Shown here one piece after another: positions 36,593 through 45,193 of a stretch of DNA of 64,000 bases. The first letter of the stretch is position 1, and each line of letters opens with the position of its first letter. The notes beneath the pieces are model-generated. The model saw only the letters and a list, made by a program, of their open reading frames with translations. It was not told the origin of the DNA and searched no databases. Location of the stretch: IMG/VR virus record IMGVR_UViG_3300031612_000007. One strand, given 5' to 3'. A program made the position numbers and the translations under genes. Source of the DNA: an uncultured virus (IMG/VR IMGVR_UViG_3300031612_000007) (taxonomy: Duplodnaviria; Heunggongvirae; Uroviricota; Caudoviricetes; Schitoviridae).

Positions 36593-38206
36593 TTACACAA
36601 TATAAGAAGATATGCGATCAGTATCTTTAACATCAACGTCCACATGCCACATGTTGTCATCCTTACCAGAACTAACTATGGGAGCTTCCTCTGAAGGCTT
36701 CCAAGGCATAAGGGAGCTTAACATAGATATTGTATCTAGGAAGTCATCATTCTTGCTGCGCATACCCCCCACTGCAATTAAACTAAGTTCATTTATCGCT
36801 TCTACCATTGGCGCTTCAGCTTTACGTTCTATAGGAAAAAATACTTTTCTTGCTTTAAACCAAGGGACTACAGTATTGAATCGTACAAGTTTATTTGTAC
36901 TAGGTCGCATACCAGCTTTACCTTGATTACTTTCACTTGCTAGAGGGAAATAAATGTTCCGTTCTAGCATTTGTGATTGAATCCATTGAATGAAGCCTCC
37001 CTGTTGCCCACTTACCTCAATACCTACAGATTGGGGTTTGTATTCTTGGGCTAACCGGAATAAATCATCAATGTTCTTATCCATTAACTGGCGTTTACAG
37101 ATACCATCTACCCATAACCAATCGCCTACATTATTATACGCCCATACACTAATAACTGAGAAATCTGCCTTTTCCTTCTCTGAAGTGGCGAAATCAGTAG
37201 TAATATAGAAGTTAAACCTACCCTTGTTCCGTAAGACAGCATCTATCTTGTACCATCCAATATCCCCATCCTGTATCATCCGGTCCTCTTCACTCATAAT
37301 ACGCAACATTAATTCTTGATTGAATGTATCAATCTTATTATTCTTCATTGCCGTATCATATTTCTTCTTAACGAAATCATAAGTGAATCGATCAGGCCAA
37401 CTCCCCCTAAATTCTTCCTCAGTACAAGGAAATGATTCACATACCGGGAATACATTAACTGCCCAAGCACCAGACTCAACTGCCTTATACAGTGGGTCTT
37501 TGGCATTAAAGGGTGTGCCAGACCATATGATCATGTTCCTAGTAGGATGTAATGCATAAGTAACAGCCTTATAGACTGTATCTTCTACTGAAGCAATGAC
37601 TGTTGCTGATCTAGCGTCTTCATCACTGATTAGATCATCTAGTACCGCCAACTGTGGGCGCATACCCATCTCTTTAGCACCACGAACACCTGTTTTTGCT
37701 CCGTATCCACGGACAATAAAAACATTACCATCGGCATTCTTAAATTCCCATCGGATATCTGTAAACCGCACAGTCGGTATATATTGTTTTAGGAAATCTG
37801 AATTTTCCCAGCGGAACTCTAAGTTCTTCCGCATATTTTTTATACCATTCTCAATGGAATCTGATACGTATAAAGCTAGATCTACTTTACCAAAACCAGG
37901 CAAGGTCCCATAAACACCTAGGTATAAGAATAAATACTCACCCATCACTGTAGTTTTACTTATACCACGGTGACATAGATTAATAATCTGGGTACCCCCG
38001 TTGGTAATAGTATCCAACATTCTATAATGGACTACCGGGGTTTGGTGTTCTTCGCCGCGCTCGCCATTAACCAGTTTAATAAAGGTTACGAACTCTAATG
38101 CAAATTCACTAGGCACATAGTCCTTATCGTCCTCATAACTAGTGCTATTAAGGTATTCCTCAACTTTCTTGGGTGAAAATATTTCTTTAGTCGCTGTTTG
38201 GCTCAT
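36593..38206 (-). CDS. terL: Terminase large subunit (N4 gp68-like)
   Basis: CHRGISKTT Walker A variant, LAVLDD Walker B, GTPF, YITTDFA nuclease, NDDFLD. Confidence 0.95.
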   Translation of the reverse strand: MSQTATKEIFSPKKVEEYLNSTSYEDDKDYVPSEFALEFVTFIKLVNGERGEEHQTPVVHYRMLDTITNGGTQIINLCHRGISKTTVMGEYLFLYLGVYGTLPGFGKVDLALYVSDSIENGIKNMRKNLEFRWENSDFLKQYIPTVRFTDIRWEFKNADGNVFIVRGYGAKTGVRGAKEMGMRPQLAVLDDLISDEDARSATVIASVEDTVYKAVTYALHPTRNMIIWSGTPFNAKDPLYKAVESGAWAVNVFPVCESFPCTEEEFRGSWPDRFTYDFVKKKYDTAMKNNKIDTFNQELMLRIMSEEDRMIQDGDIGWYKIDAVLRNKGRFNFYITTDFATSEKEKADFSVISVWAYNNVGDWLWVDGICKRQLMDKNIDDLFRLAQEYKPQSVGIEVSGQQGGFIQWIQSQMLERNIYFPLASESNQGKAGMRPSTNKLVRFNTVVPWFKARKVFFPIERKAEAPMVEAINELSLIAVGGMRSKNDDFLDTISMLSSLMPWKPSEEAPIVSSGKDDNMWHVDVDVKDTDRISSYIV

Positions 38207-39159
38207 GCAATATTAGTTTCTAATCGTTTAGCTAACCTTTTTGACCTATTACCCACCTGACCCCACCATTTTGAATCTTTCATTTCTGTGATAGCTTTAT
38301 TCATATCACCAGCTTCAAAACCTTCTTTCATCTTCTTAAATTTAGATAATCCGCCCCTACCTAGATTAAACGCCATATTTACGAGAACTTCCCTGGATGT
38401 ATCATTTAAATTTACACCCTTGTAAAGTGTATCCACATCATTATTAGCTGTTTTAAAATCTGCTTTGAACCATTTATCCACTTGTTCCTGTGGAACAGCC
38501 ATCCCCCCTTCGTATTTCCCTGATGCTAATTCTGCCTTAGTAAGTTTATGACCTATGCCTGCAGTTAAATACCCCTCAGTATCTGGGTAAACAACATGGT
38601 CCCCTTGCTTATTTCGTTTTGTTCCTTCATCCGTCTGTAGTTGTTGTACTGCAGGTGAGAATGTTTGTGGTTGCTGTGGATTCTCAACAAGATCTTGATT
38701 TTCACTCATACTACGAGAAGCTGCAGTAGCAGCGTCTGGGCTATCATACATGCCTAAATGTTCACCTGTTTTTCTATAGTAATCTTTTGCTTCTTCCTCT
38801 CCCATATCTTCTCCAGTTTCTGGATGAACCGTTGGTATCAGTGTTTCTACTCCATCTATATTGTACGATGTCCCTAAGATGGTTTTTTGTTGCCCATTTC
38901 CAGCATCAAATCGAGTTCTATTTGCTAGATTAATATTTCCTGGTGCTAGCTCTCCGTTTTCATATTCAGGTGTGTATTGTTGTAGGGTCTCTACCATATT
39001 ACTATTATAGTTTGGTACAACTGCTTGCTGTGCTTGGTAAGCATTTCCATAATCTATACTAGCCGGAGCTATTGGTTGTTCTGGGCCCTCATTGAAATAT
39101 TGTTTAAAGCTATCCCAAGCATTACCAGCTGAGTTCCTAAGATCGTCGTAAAGTGCCAT
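38203..39159 (-). CDS. Two-domain protein: unknown N-terminal domain plus T4-type (GH24) lysozyme
   Basis: C-terminal DEG...YPDTEGYLTAGIGH, LVNMAFNLG..GL.KFKKM, SKWW.QV.NR. Confidence 0.85.
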   Translation of the reverse strand: MALYDDLRNSAGNAWDSFKQYFNEGPEQPIAPASIDYGNAYQAQQAVVPNYNSNMVETLQQYTPEYENGELAPGNINLANRTRFDAGNGQQKTILGTSYNIDGVETLIPTVHPETGEDMGEEEAKDYYRKTGEHLGMYDSPDAATAASRSMSENQDLVENPQQPQTFSPAVQQLQTDEGTKRNKQGDHVVYPDTEGYLTAGIGHKLTKAELASGKYEGGMAVPQEQVDKWFKADFKTANNDVDTLYKGVNLNDTSREVLVNMAFNLGRGGLSKFKKMKEGFEAGDMNKAITEMKDSKWWGQVGNRSKRLAKRLETNIA

Positions 39160-39587
39160 TAGTTAGATATTCCTACATTAGTCACACTACTAAGGGCGGG
39201 ATCGCCATAGTATTTTTGTAAAAGCGCATAAATCTTAGCTCTAGCGCTTTCTTCTGGTTGTTTCATCATAGGAGGTGCCTCTTGCGGTTGTAAATCTGTT
39301 ACCTCACCTCCAGGACCATATGCACTCATTGAGCCCAGAAAATCAGGTTGTTTTACCTCTCCATGCTTTGCAAGTCGATCATAAACTGTATTCCCGTCTT
39401 CTCCTCGATTTCTACCACTTGCTAAGAACTGAGCCCAAGAATCCCCACCCGCCGCAGGCGCTTGAGATGTAGGAAAGGGTGTTGGTTGTGTTCTCACTAC
39501 TGGGGTGGCAGAAGCGAAAGGGGCAGTGGCCCCTTGAGCTCTTGATTTTGGATATATATTATTAAATGTATTAACTGCATTATACAT
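39159..39587 (-). CDS. Hypothetical Pro/Gln-rich protein
   Basis: 142 aa, coupled to the lysozyme gene. Confidence 0.55.
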   Translation of the reverse strand: MYNAVNTFNNIYPKSRAQGATAPFASATPVVRTQPTPFPTSQAPAAGGDSWAQFLASGRNRGEDGNTVYDRLAKHGEVKQPDFLGSMSAYGPGGEVTDLQPQEAPPMMKQPEESARAKIYALLQKYYGDPALSSVTNVGISN

Positions 39588-39590
39588 ATA

Positions 39591-39785
39591 CTATGTTTCC
39601 CAATCGCGCTTATCGCGCTCTATATCATCTAATTCTTGTACTGTATGCTGTTTGCCTGCTGAAAACCGCAAGCTTTTGACTATCTTATCCTTACCAACTT
39701 TGCGCCAGTTAGATATATGCCATAGTAAAGTATTCCTGCGACCACTACCAGAACCGTGAAGGAGCTTCTTTTTAGCCATTGACAC
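39591..39785 (-). CDS. Hypothetical protein
   Basis: 64 aa, AGGTG RBS. Confidence 0.5.
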   Translation of the reverse strand: MSMAKKKLLHGSGSGRRNTLLWHISNWRKVGKDKIVKSLRFSAGKQHTVQELDDIERDKRDWET

Positions 39786-39840
39786 ATTATTTCACCTTTT
39801 AGAATAAAATCTAGCTACAATATGAGCATTCTACCACCAA

Positions 39841-40545
39841 TTAACTAATTATCTCCGCATCATCAACCTCAGTTGGCACTACTTCTAGCTTCGACCCAGC
39901 AATAATACCGGCTGTAGTCTGCCCCGCCTTCATTAATAATCTCTGATTGGCTACTAATTCCAGCGTAGCCGTCCTAAGTACATTGATTGAACTGTCTTCT
40001 TTAATACCAATATCAAGCTCAACTTTCTTAACTTCAGGCATTTTAAGCTGTGTTAGCAGTGAATTAGCTGCATCAGTCCTAACCTTCTCGCTTTTAGCAG
40101 TTACCATCAGCTCCGCCTGTACATTTAGGGCCTTTTGGTACATATCCTGATTTAGCACATAACTAGGTATCAATGTCTGCTCATATATAAGATTGACCAA
40201 TTTACTCTTGTTATATGCAGTCACATAACTAGCTATATCTTTAGACGCTACCCCTTGTGTAGCAAATCGTAATATTTTTTCTGGGAACGTCTTACTATAC
40301 CCATCAATATGAGAACAGCCCATGAGCTTATGGCTCACGTATTTCACCGCAGAGATATACTCGCGCATCTTAAACCTGCCATCCTTCATAACCCCTGCGT
40401 AGCTAATCAGATTCTCCCTATAAGCCTCATACAGCTCTGGTTCAGTCAATGTCTTGTTGATTTGATCTATCAAAGCTTGGTTAACTGATTTTCTTACCTT
40501 ATCTGGTAATGCATGCTTGAATTGCTCAACTGTTAATGCCGTCAT
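39841..40545 (-). CDS. Terminase small subunit (N4 gp69-like)
   Basis: YI.AVKYVSHKLMG, YNKSKLVN.I.EQ..IP, SEKVR.DAANSLL..LK. Confidence 0.8.
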   Translation of the reverse strand: MTALTVEQFKHALPDKVRKSVNQALIDQINKTLTEPELYEAYRENLISYAGVMKDGRFKMREYISAVKYVSHKLMGCSHIDGYSKTFPEKILRFATQGVASKDIASYVTAYNKSKLVNLIYEQTLIPSYVLNQDMYQKALNVQAELMVTAKSEKVRTDAANSLLTQLKMPEVKKVELDIGIKEDSSINVLRTATLELVANQRLLMKAGQTTAGIIAGSKLEVVPTEVDDAEIIS

Positions 40546-40893
40546 GTAAGACCCTTTTGGGTTAGTGTATCGGGAGAGTATAGATTAAATCCAGAGGGTT
40601 AGGGGAAAAATTATTTTTTTGGGTTTTGAGAAATTTATAATTTGGGTACGATTGCAGGGATTGAACTGTCAAGGACTAGAAGCAAATACTCCCCCCCTCT
40701 ATATCTGCAAATTAGGTTATGGGCACGACTCACCACCCAAAGGCACACCTCAGGTCAAAACCGAAGGCACACTAAGGTCAACTACCACAGTAGTGATTGC
40801 TGAACACGACTCACGCGCTACGCGGGAGAAACAGGCAAGCCTGTACGGGCTGGAACATTCACCCGAATGCTTCCCAATTAATTGGAGACTAAT
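40546..40893. other. Divergent non-coding region, probable genome end / terminal repeat
   Basis: Separates the late (-) block from the first small + genes; homopolymer tracts and short repeats; corresponds to the N4 genome ends by gene order. Confidence 0.5.
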
Positions 40894-41085
40894 ATGAGTA
40901 ACGCTTTCGGTATGGTTTGGAAGTTTCTTTACCACCTCTTCAGCGGTGCAAACAAATGCGCCGTAGCTTTCGAGAACATTGCTACCGTAGGTGAGATTAG
41001 TTCAGTAATCTACCTAAACGAGCAGAAGCACAACCTCGCTAAGCTTGAGAAGGTGTCTAAGAAAGAGCTCGATGCTATGAAATAG
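40894..41085 (+). CDS. Small early protein
   Basis: GGAG RBS, ATG 40894; similar to the next gene. Confidence 0.65.
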   Translation: MSNAFGMVWKFLYHLFSGANKCAVAFENIATVGEISSVIYLNEQKHNLAKLEKVSKKELDAMK

Positions 41086-41147
41086 TAGCACGACTCATAC
41101 CTGTGCACCGCTCGGTGTGCAGGTTGTTAATCAACTTCGGAGGATGT

Positions 41148-41375
41148 ATGTACAAAGACATTTGTGCTTTCTTTAAGCTTTTAAAAGCAGCTTTTGTAGC
41201 AACTAATACGCTTGCTACTATGCATGATTGCGGCTATCGTGGTACGCCTGTGTATTCTCAGGTGTATGTTGATGAGCAAAGGAAAAACCTTGCTCGACTC
41301 GAGAAACAGGCGAGTACACAACTCACAGAGCGTAACTACATGCCTGTGGAACCTGTTGATTACATTAGAAGATAA
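41148..41375 (+). CDS. Small early protein, probable paralogue of 40894-41085
   Basis: GGAGG RBS, ATG 41148; YVDEQRKNLARLEK versus YLNEQKHNLAKLEK. Confidence 0.6.
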   Translation: MYKDICAFFKLLKAAFVATNTLATMHDCGYRGTPVYSQVYVDEQRKNLARLEKQASTQLTERNYMPVEPVDYIRR

Positions 41376-41446
41376 ATCCACGACTCATCTATCCCACACT
41401 GGGGTAGGTGGGTCCAACCCTTTAACCCAAAGCCACACATAAGGTT

Positions 41447-41500
41447 CAAGATCAAAAGCAACGTCAACATCAACATCAAAGGCAGAATCAAAGGCAAAAG
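41447..41500 (+). repeat. Degenerate hexamer tandem array (CAANNN x9)
   Basis: caagat caaaag caacgt caacat caacat caaagg cagaat caaagg caaaag. Confidence 0.7.
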
Positions 41501-41659
41501 CGATAAGGTCAAAAGCAAGTTCTAGGACAGTCACGACTCATTTACTGAGTAGGGTATCGGACAGTCAGTAGCTAGGTTTACTGATTACCTGTTATTCCTA
41601 CTTACTTAAGTACTTTACTTAGATAGTCCAAATACGATATCACTACGGTATCTTTAGTC

Positions 41660-41956
41660 CTATACCTTCCTATTCTTTCCATACACTTCTGGAGAACTTC
41701 TTCGCCATCCTTTATTCTTCTTCTCACCTACTACTTTGAGGTTACTTAACTTAGTATCACCACCCTTATCCAATAACCTAACATGGTGTACGTTCTTACC
41801 ATCACCCTTGCTAGCCTTGCCTGCCTTCACAGCTATTGCTCTAGCTTGGTTCTGTTTAACCCTACTAGCTATCCTATCAGGATGTGCGTTGTAGATTGCT
41901 TTGTTACGTCTGGCTTTATCATACGCTGCTTGGGATTGTCCTTCCTTCTTAGGCAT
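41660..41956 (-). CDS. Small HNH endonuclease-like protein
   Basis: GDGKNVHH...KGG....NLKV.....N pattern; basic; AAGGA RBS. Confidence 0.7.
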   Translation of the reverse strand: MPKKEGQSQAAYDKARRNKAIYNAHPDRIASRVKQNQARAIAVKAGKASKGDGKNVHHVRLLDKGGDTKLSNLKVVGEKKNKGWRRSSPEVYGKNRKV

Positions 41957-42273
41957 AGTGTTTCCTTATATATATAAGAATACTAACTTCCAAACGCACG
42001 CCTGTTCCCGACTCGCGTCGGAAACGCTGAGCGTTTGTAAGCATTGGGTGGGGTTGCTTTTGATTATAGTACTTGCCTCGGTGTAAAAAGTTATATCACA
42101 TACATAATATCATTGTCAAGTGAAAGGTCAAAATCTCGGGAAGTGCTCCCTCTCGATATCCTTCATCTCTTATCGTCTTATTTTCGTATTAGGTTGGAAA
42201 CAATCACGGGCAAGCCCGTATTTACGGCGATATTCTCAGCCAAATAACGTACTATTTATTTAGGAGATTTAAA

Positions 42274-42540
42274 ATGATTGACTTTAAAGATTCAGACAAA
42301 ACAGTAGATTCCAACTCAACTTGGAAGAAAGCTGATGGTTTTATTAACATTACTTTAGAAGGAACTGATGGTTCTTATCCTAAGTTAGGCGCAATTGGGT
42401 TGCATTTGAACAAAGCCCAAGACAAACGCCTAATTGAGTGGCTTTCAAAAGATCCAGAAGGTAACAGTGCAAAATTAGCTCAGAGACTTAGAGTTAATTA
42501 TCGTTCAGCTCAACCAGCAGCTGAATTCAAATTAGATTAA
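42274..42540 (+). CDS. ssDNA-binding RNAP II cofactor (Drc / N4 gp2-type)
   Basis: 88 aa, A.GFINI.L...DG...KLG.IGL...L.EWL; immediately before the RNAP II genes. Confidence 0.65.
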   Translation: MIDFKDSDKTVDSNSTWKKADGFINITLEGTDGSYPKLGAIGLHLNKAQDKRLIEWLSKDPEGNSAKLAQRLRVNYRSAQPAAEFKLD

Positions 42541-42550
42541 AGTCCCACAT

Positions 42551-42590
42551 AGCCTTTACTGACACATAGTCAGTAAGGGTTATTTTATTA
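42551..42590 (+). terminator. Terminator
   Basis: CCTTTACTGAC-ACATA-GTCAGTAAGGG followed by TTATTTTATT. Confidence 0.7.
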
Positions 42591-42637
42591 GATAGATAGT
42601 CAGAAAGTCCCTTACTACTACTATAGGAGTTCAGGTC

Positions 42638-43546
42638 ATGGATACAAATCAGCAGATTCTAGCCCAAGAAATAATCGAAGGTACCTATAACCGTAGACAT
42701 ATTGATACTAAGATCCGGAAGGTTATAGAAAGTCATCCACTAATACAATCTAAAGTTCTTCAAGGTATTGATTTAATTAATAAATACTTACAAGGAACAT
42801 ATTATGATAGTAAAATGAAGAGAGTCGCTCAGTTAAAACTGATGGATATTCGTGAGTTAGTTATAGATATCTTCATAGGTATCACATACTTTCAAGCTCC
42901 TGAACTATTCACTTCAGCATCTGCACAACTCGCTATGCGGTTGAAGTTTAGTAACCAAGTAGAAGCTATTGCAGCTACAGCTGACTTACTAGCAGTACTC
43001 TGTAATACAGATGCCTTTGATATCACTAAGGAATCTAAAGGTGCTAGCCTTAAAGTAGTATCACGTATACCTATAGAAGATAGTTTAGTATCTTTCATTA
43101 AGGACAGTGAGTTCTTACCACCTATGGTATGTGCACCTTTACCACTAACTCATAACTTTAGTAGTGGCTACCTTACTCATAACGACAGTCTAGTACTAGG
43201 TACAGGTAACCATCATGATGGAGACTTGTGTCTATCAGTACTTAACACTATGGGACAAGTAGCTATGAAACTAGACACTGAGTTCTTACTTGAGATGGAG
43301 GAGACACCTAACTATAAGTTAGATACCGCTGATAAGATTAGTCACTGGCAAGACTTCAAACAACAGAGTAGCTACTTTTATATACTTATGCTCCAACAGG
43401 GCAACCGTATATATTTCAATCATAAAGTCGATAAGAGAGGGCGTATCTATGCTAGTGGCTACCATATCAATCCTATGGGCACTAGTTATAAGAAAGCTAT
43501 GCTCGAATTTGCTAACGAAGAACTAACAGAGGGAGTACCGCTATGA
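42638..43546 (+). CDS. RNA polymerase II subunit 1 (N4 gp15-like)
   Basis: LPPMV..P, DKRGRIYASGYHINP.G (DxxGR), YKKA. Confidence 0.92.
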   Translation: MDTNQQILAQEIIEGTYNRRHIDTKIRKVIESHPLIQSKVLQGIDLINKYLQGTYYDSKMKRVAQLKLMDIRELVIDIFIGITYFQAPELFTSASAQLAMRLKFSNQVEAIAATADLLAVLCNTDAFDITKESKGASLKVVSRIPIEDSLVSFIKDSEFLPPMVCAPLPLTHNFSSGYLTHNDSLVLGTGNHHDGDLCLSVLNTMGQVAMKLDTEFLLEMEETPNYKLDTADKISHWQDFKQQSSYFYILMLQQGNRIYFNHKVDKRGRIYASGYHINPMGTSYKKAMLEFANEELTEGVPL

Positions 43547-43836
43547 AAGTAATACTAGAATTTGAAAGTGAAGAAGAGTTTAGGGAATACAAATACAAAT
43601 TAGCAGGTAAAAGAAAATTTGATCCAGGGAGTTTTCATATAAATAGCCTTCAGATTAGTAATGCTATAAAAAGAAGGCTTATGGCCGCAAATAAGAATTT
43701 GGTCCGAGATATCAGCAGTATGACAAATATAGAGTTATATAGATTACCGGGCATTAGTTGGCAATCAGTTGCTGAGATAGTTGCAGCCCAACTTTTACTC
43801 ACTAATACATCACTTAAAATAACCTTTACTGACTAA
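43543..43836 (+). CDS. RNA polymerase alpha-CTD-like (helix-hairpin-helix) protein
   Basis: INSLQIS.AI..RL.AA....V.DI..MT..EL..LPGIS..SVAEI aligns by eye with RpoA CTD (VDDLELTVRSANCLKAE.I..I.DL...TE.ELLK.PNLG.KSL.EI). Confidence 0.65.
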   Translation: MKVILEFESEEEFREYKYKLAGKRKFDPGSFHINSLQISNAIKRRLMAANKNLVRDISSMTNIELYRLPGISWQSVAEIVAAQLLLTNTSLKITFTD

Positions 43837-43850
43837 TTTAAGGAAACCAA

Positions 43851-45098
43851 ATGATTAACTATTCAGGATGGCAATGGCTACTCATAGATGTAGCAAACCA
43901 GTTCGGACTTGACAAGCTTACCTTTGAAGACCGTATTAAATGGACTGAAGATAACCTTGAGAAGTTAGAATCCTTAGACTCTGAAGTGTCTATAAAGAAG
44001 AGAGCGTTGTATATAAAAGCTCGTCTTGCAGTTCGTAAAGCACTAAATGGTTTTCCTACAGGGCACATGGTAGGTGTAGATGGTACATGTAGTGGCATCC
44101 AGATAATGTCAGCTCTAACAGGCTGCGTAGAGGGTGCTAAAGCTACTAATCTGACTGATCCTACCACTCGATATGATGCATATACAGAAGTTACAGAAGC
44201 TATGTCTAAGACTTTAGGTAGTTCTATCTCAGTATCTCGAGATGATGCTAAAAGCGCCACAATGTGTAGTTTCTACGGCTCAAAAGCTGAGCCTAAGAAG
44301 ATCTTTGGAGAAGGGTCCCCTCAATTAGAGGCCTTTTACAAAGCTACTACTAAGATTGCACCGGGTGCATGGGAACTATTACAAGACCTCCTATCTAGCT
44401 GGCAGCCTTATACTTTAAGCCATAACTGGAAATTACCTGATGGATTTGATGCACATGTAAAAGTCATGACTAAACGTACTGTACGTATAGAAGTGGATGA
44501 ACTTCCAGGACATCCTACTTTTAGTTATGAACTTTATGATAATGCAGGTGAAAAGAAAGGCTTAAGTAATGTAGCTAATGTAGTGCACTCCATTGACGGA
44601 TTTATCGTAAGGGAAATGCATCGTCGCTGTAACTATGACCGTAAAGTTATAGATCAAGCAGCTCTGACTGTTGAAATTGAACTAGTTGCACGGAATATAG
44701 GCAAGGTTTACGATGATAAATGTTTTGATTCAAACATTGAATATTATCGTGATCAATACCATTACAGCGGTATGCCTAGTATAGTAATTGCTCCGTATAT
44801 AGATACAACTACTGTTGCATATCTAAGTACAAAGCATCTTGTGGCTCTATCCAAGATAATGAATGGGATGCTTCAGTATCGTCCATTCGATTTAGTTACT
44901 GTACATGATGAATTCCGATCCCTTGCAAATAATGTTAATTGGGTTAGATGGCAATACAAAGAAATTCTGGCACAGATTGCAGATAGTGTATTACTTGATG
45001 ACCTAATAAGTCAATTACATCAATCAGTTGGTACATTCCGAAAATTGTCGCCTAACTTAGGTGATCAAATAAGGAATTCTAACTATGCTTTAGTGTAA
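43851..45098 (+). CDS. RNA polymerase II subunit 2 (N4 gp16-like)
   Basis: Motif A DGTCSGIQ, motif B RDDAKSATMCSFYG, ANVVHSIDG, motif C VHDEF. Confidence 0.95.
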   Translation: MINYSGWQWLLIDVANQFGLDKLTFEDRIKWTEDNLEKLESLDSEVSIKKRALYIKARLAVRKALNGFPTGHMVGVDGTCSGIQIMSALTGCVEGAKATNLTDPTTRYDAYTEVTEAMSKTLGSSISVSRDDAKSATMCSFYGSKAEPKKIFGEGSPQLEAFYKATTKIAPGAWELLQDLLSSWQPYTLSHNWKLPDGFDAHVKVMTKRTVRIEVDELPGHPTFSYELYDNAGEKKGLSNVANVVHSIDGFIVREMHRRCNYDRKVIDQAALTVEIELVARNIGKVYDDKCFDSNIEYYRDQYHYSGMPSIVIAPYIDTTTVAYLSTKHLVALSKIMNGMLQYRPFDLVTVHDEFRSLANNVNWVRWQYKEILAQIADSVLLDDLISQLHQSVGTFRKLSPNLGDQIRNSNYALV

Positions 45099-45142
45099 CA
45101 GCCGGACTCCGTGCGGTTTTTTGATTTAGTGATACTTTTATG

Positions 45143-45180
45143 TGGACAGACCCGAAAGGGTTTGTCCATTTTCTTTTTAT
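45143..45180 (+). terminator. Terminator after RNAP II genes
   Basis: TGGACAGACCC-GAAA-GGGTTTGTCCA followed by TTTTCTTTTT. Confidence 0.8.
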
Positions 45181-45193
45181 ATCGGAGATAATT

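Larger units (their letters stand above)
40724..41550 (+). repeat. Five dispersed CACGACTCA motifs, four followed by or overlapping hairpins
   Basis: Exact copies at 40724, 40805, 41089, 41379 and 41532. Confidence 0.85.

Noticed and set aside
29118..37913. Plus-strand ORFs opposite structural and terminase genes (e.g. 29118-29819)
   Set aside because: Antisense to well-supported conserved genes.
40724..41550. CACGACTCA repeats as a CRISPR array
   Set aside because: Repeat is only 9 nt, spacing is irregular (81-290 nt) and genes lie between copies.
42638..45098. Split T7-like RNAP as a broken gene or intron
   Set aside because: A two-subunit RNAP II is normal in N4-like phages.
9418..45193. 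ORF-track starts at 9418, 10492, 35912, 40882, 41103 and 45140
   Set aside because: Downstream ATGs with better RBS or coupling were preferred (9487, 10525, 35903, 40894, 41148, 45194).
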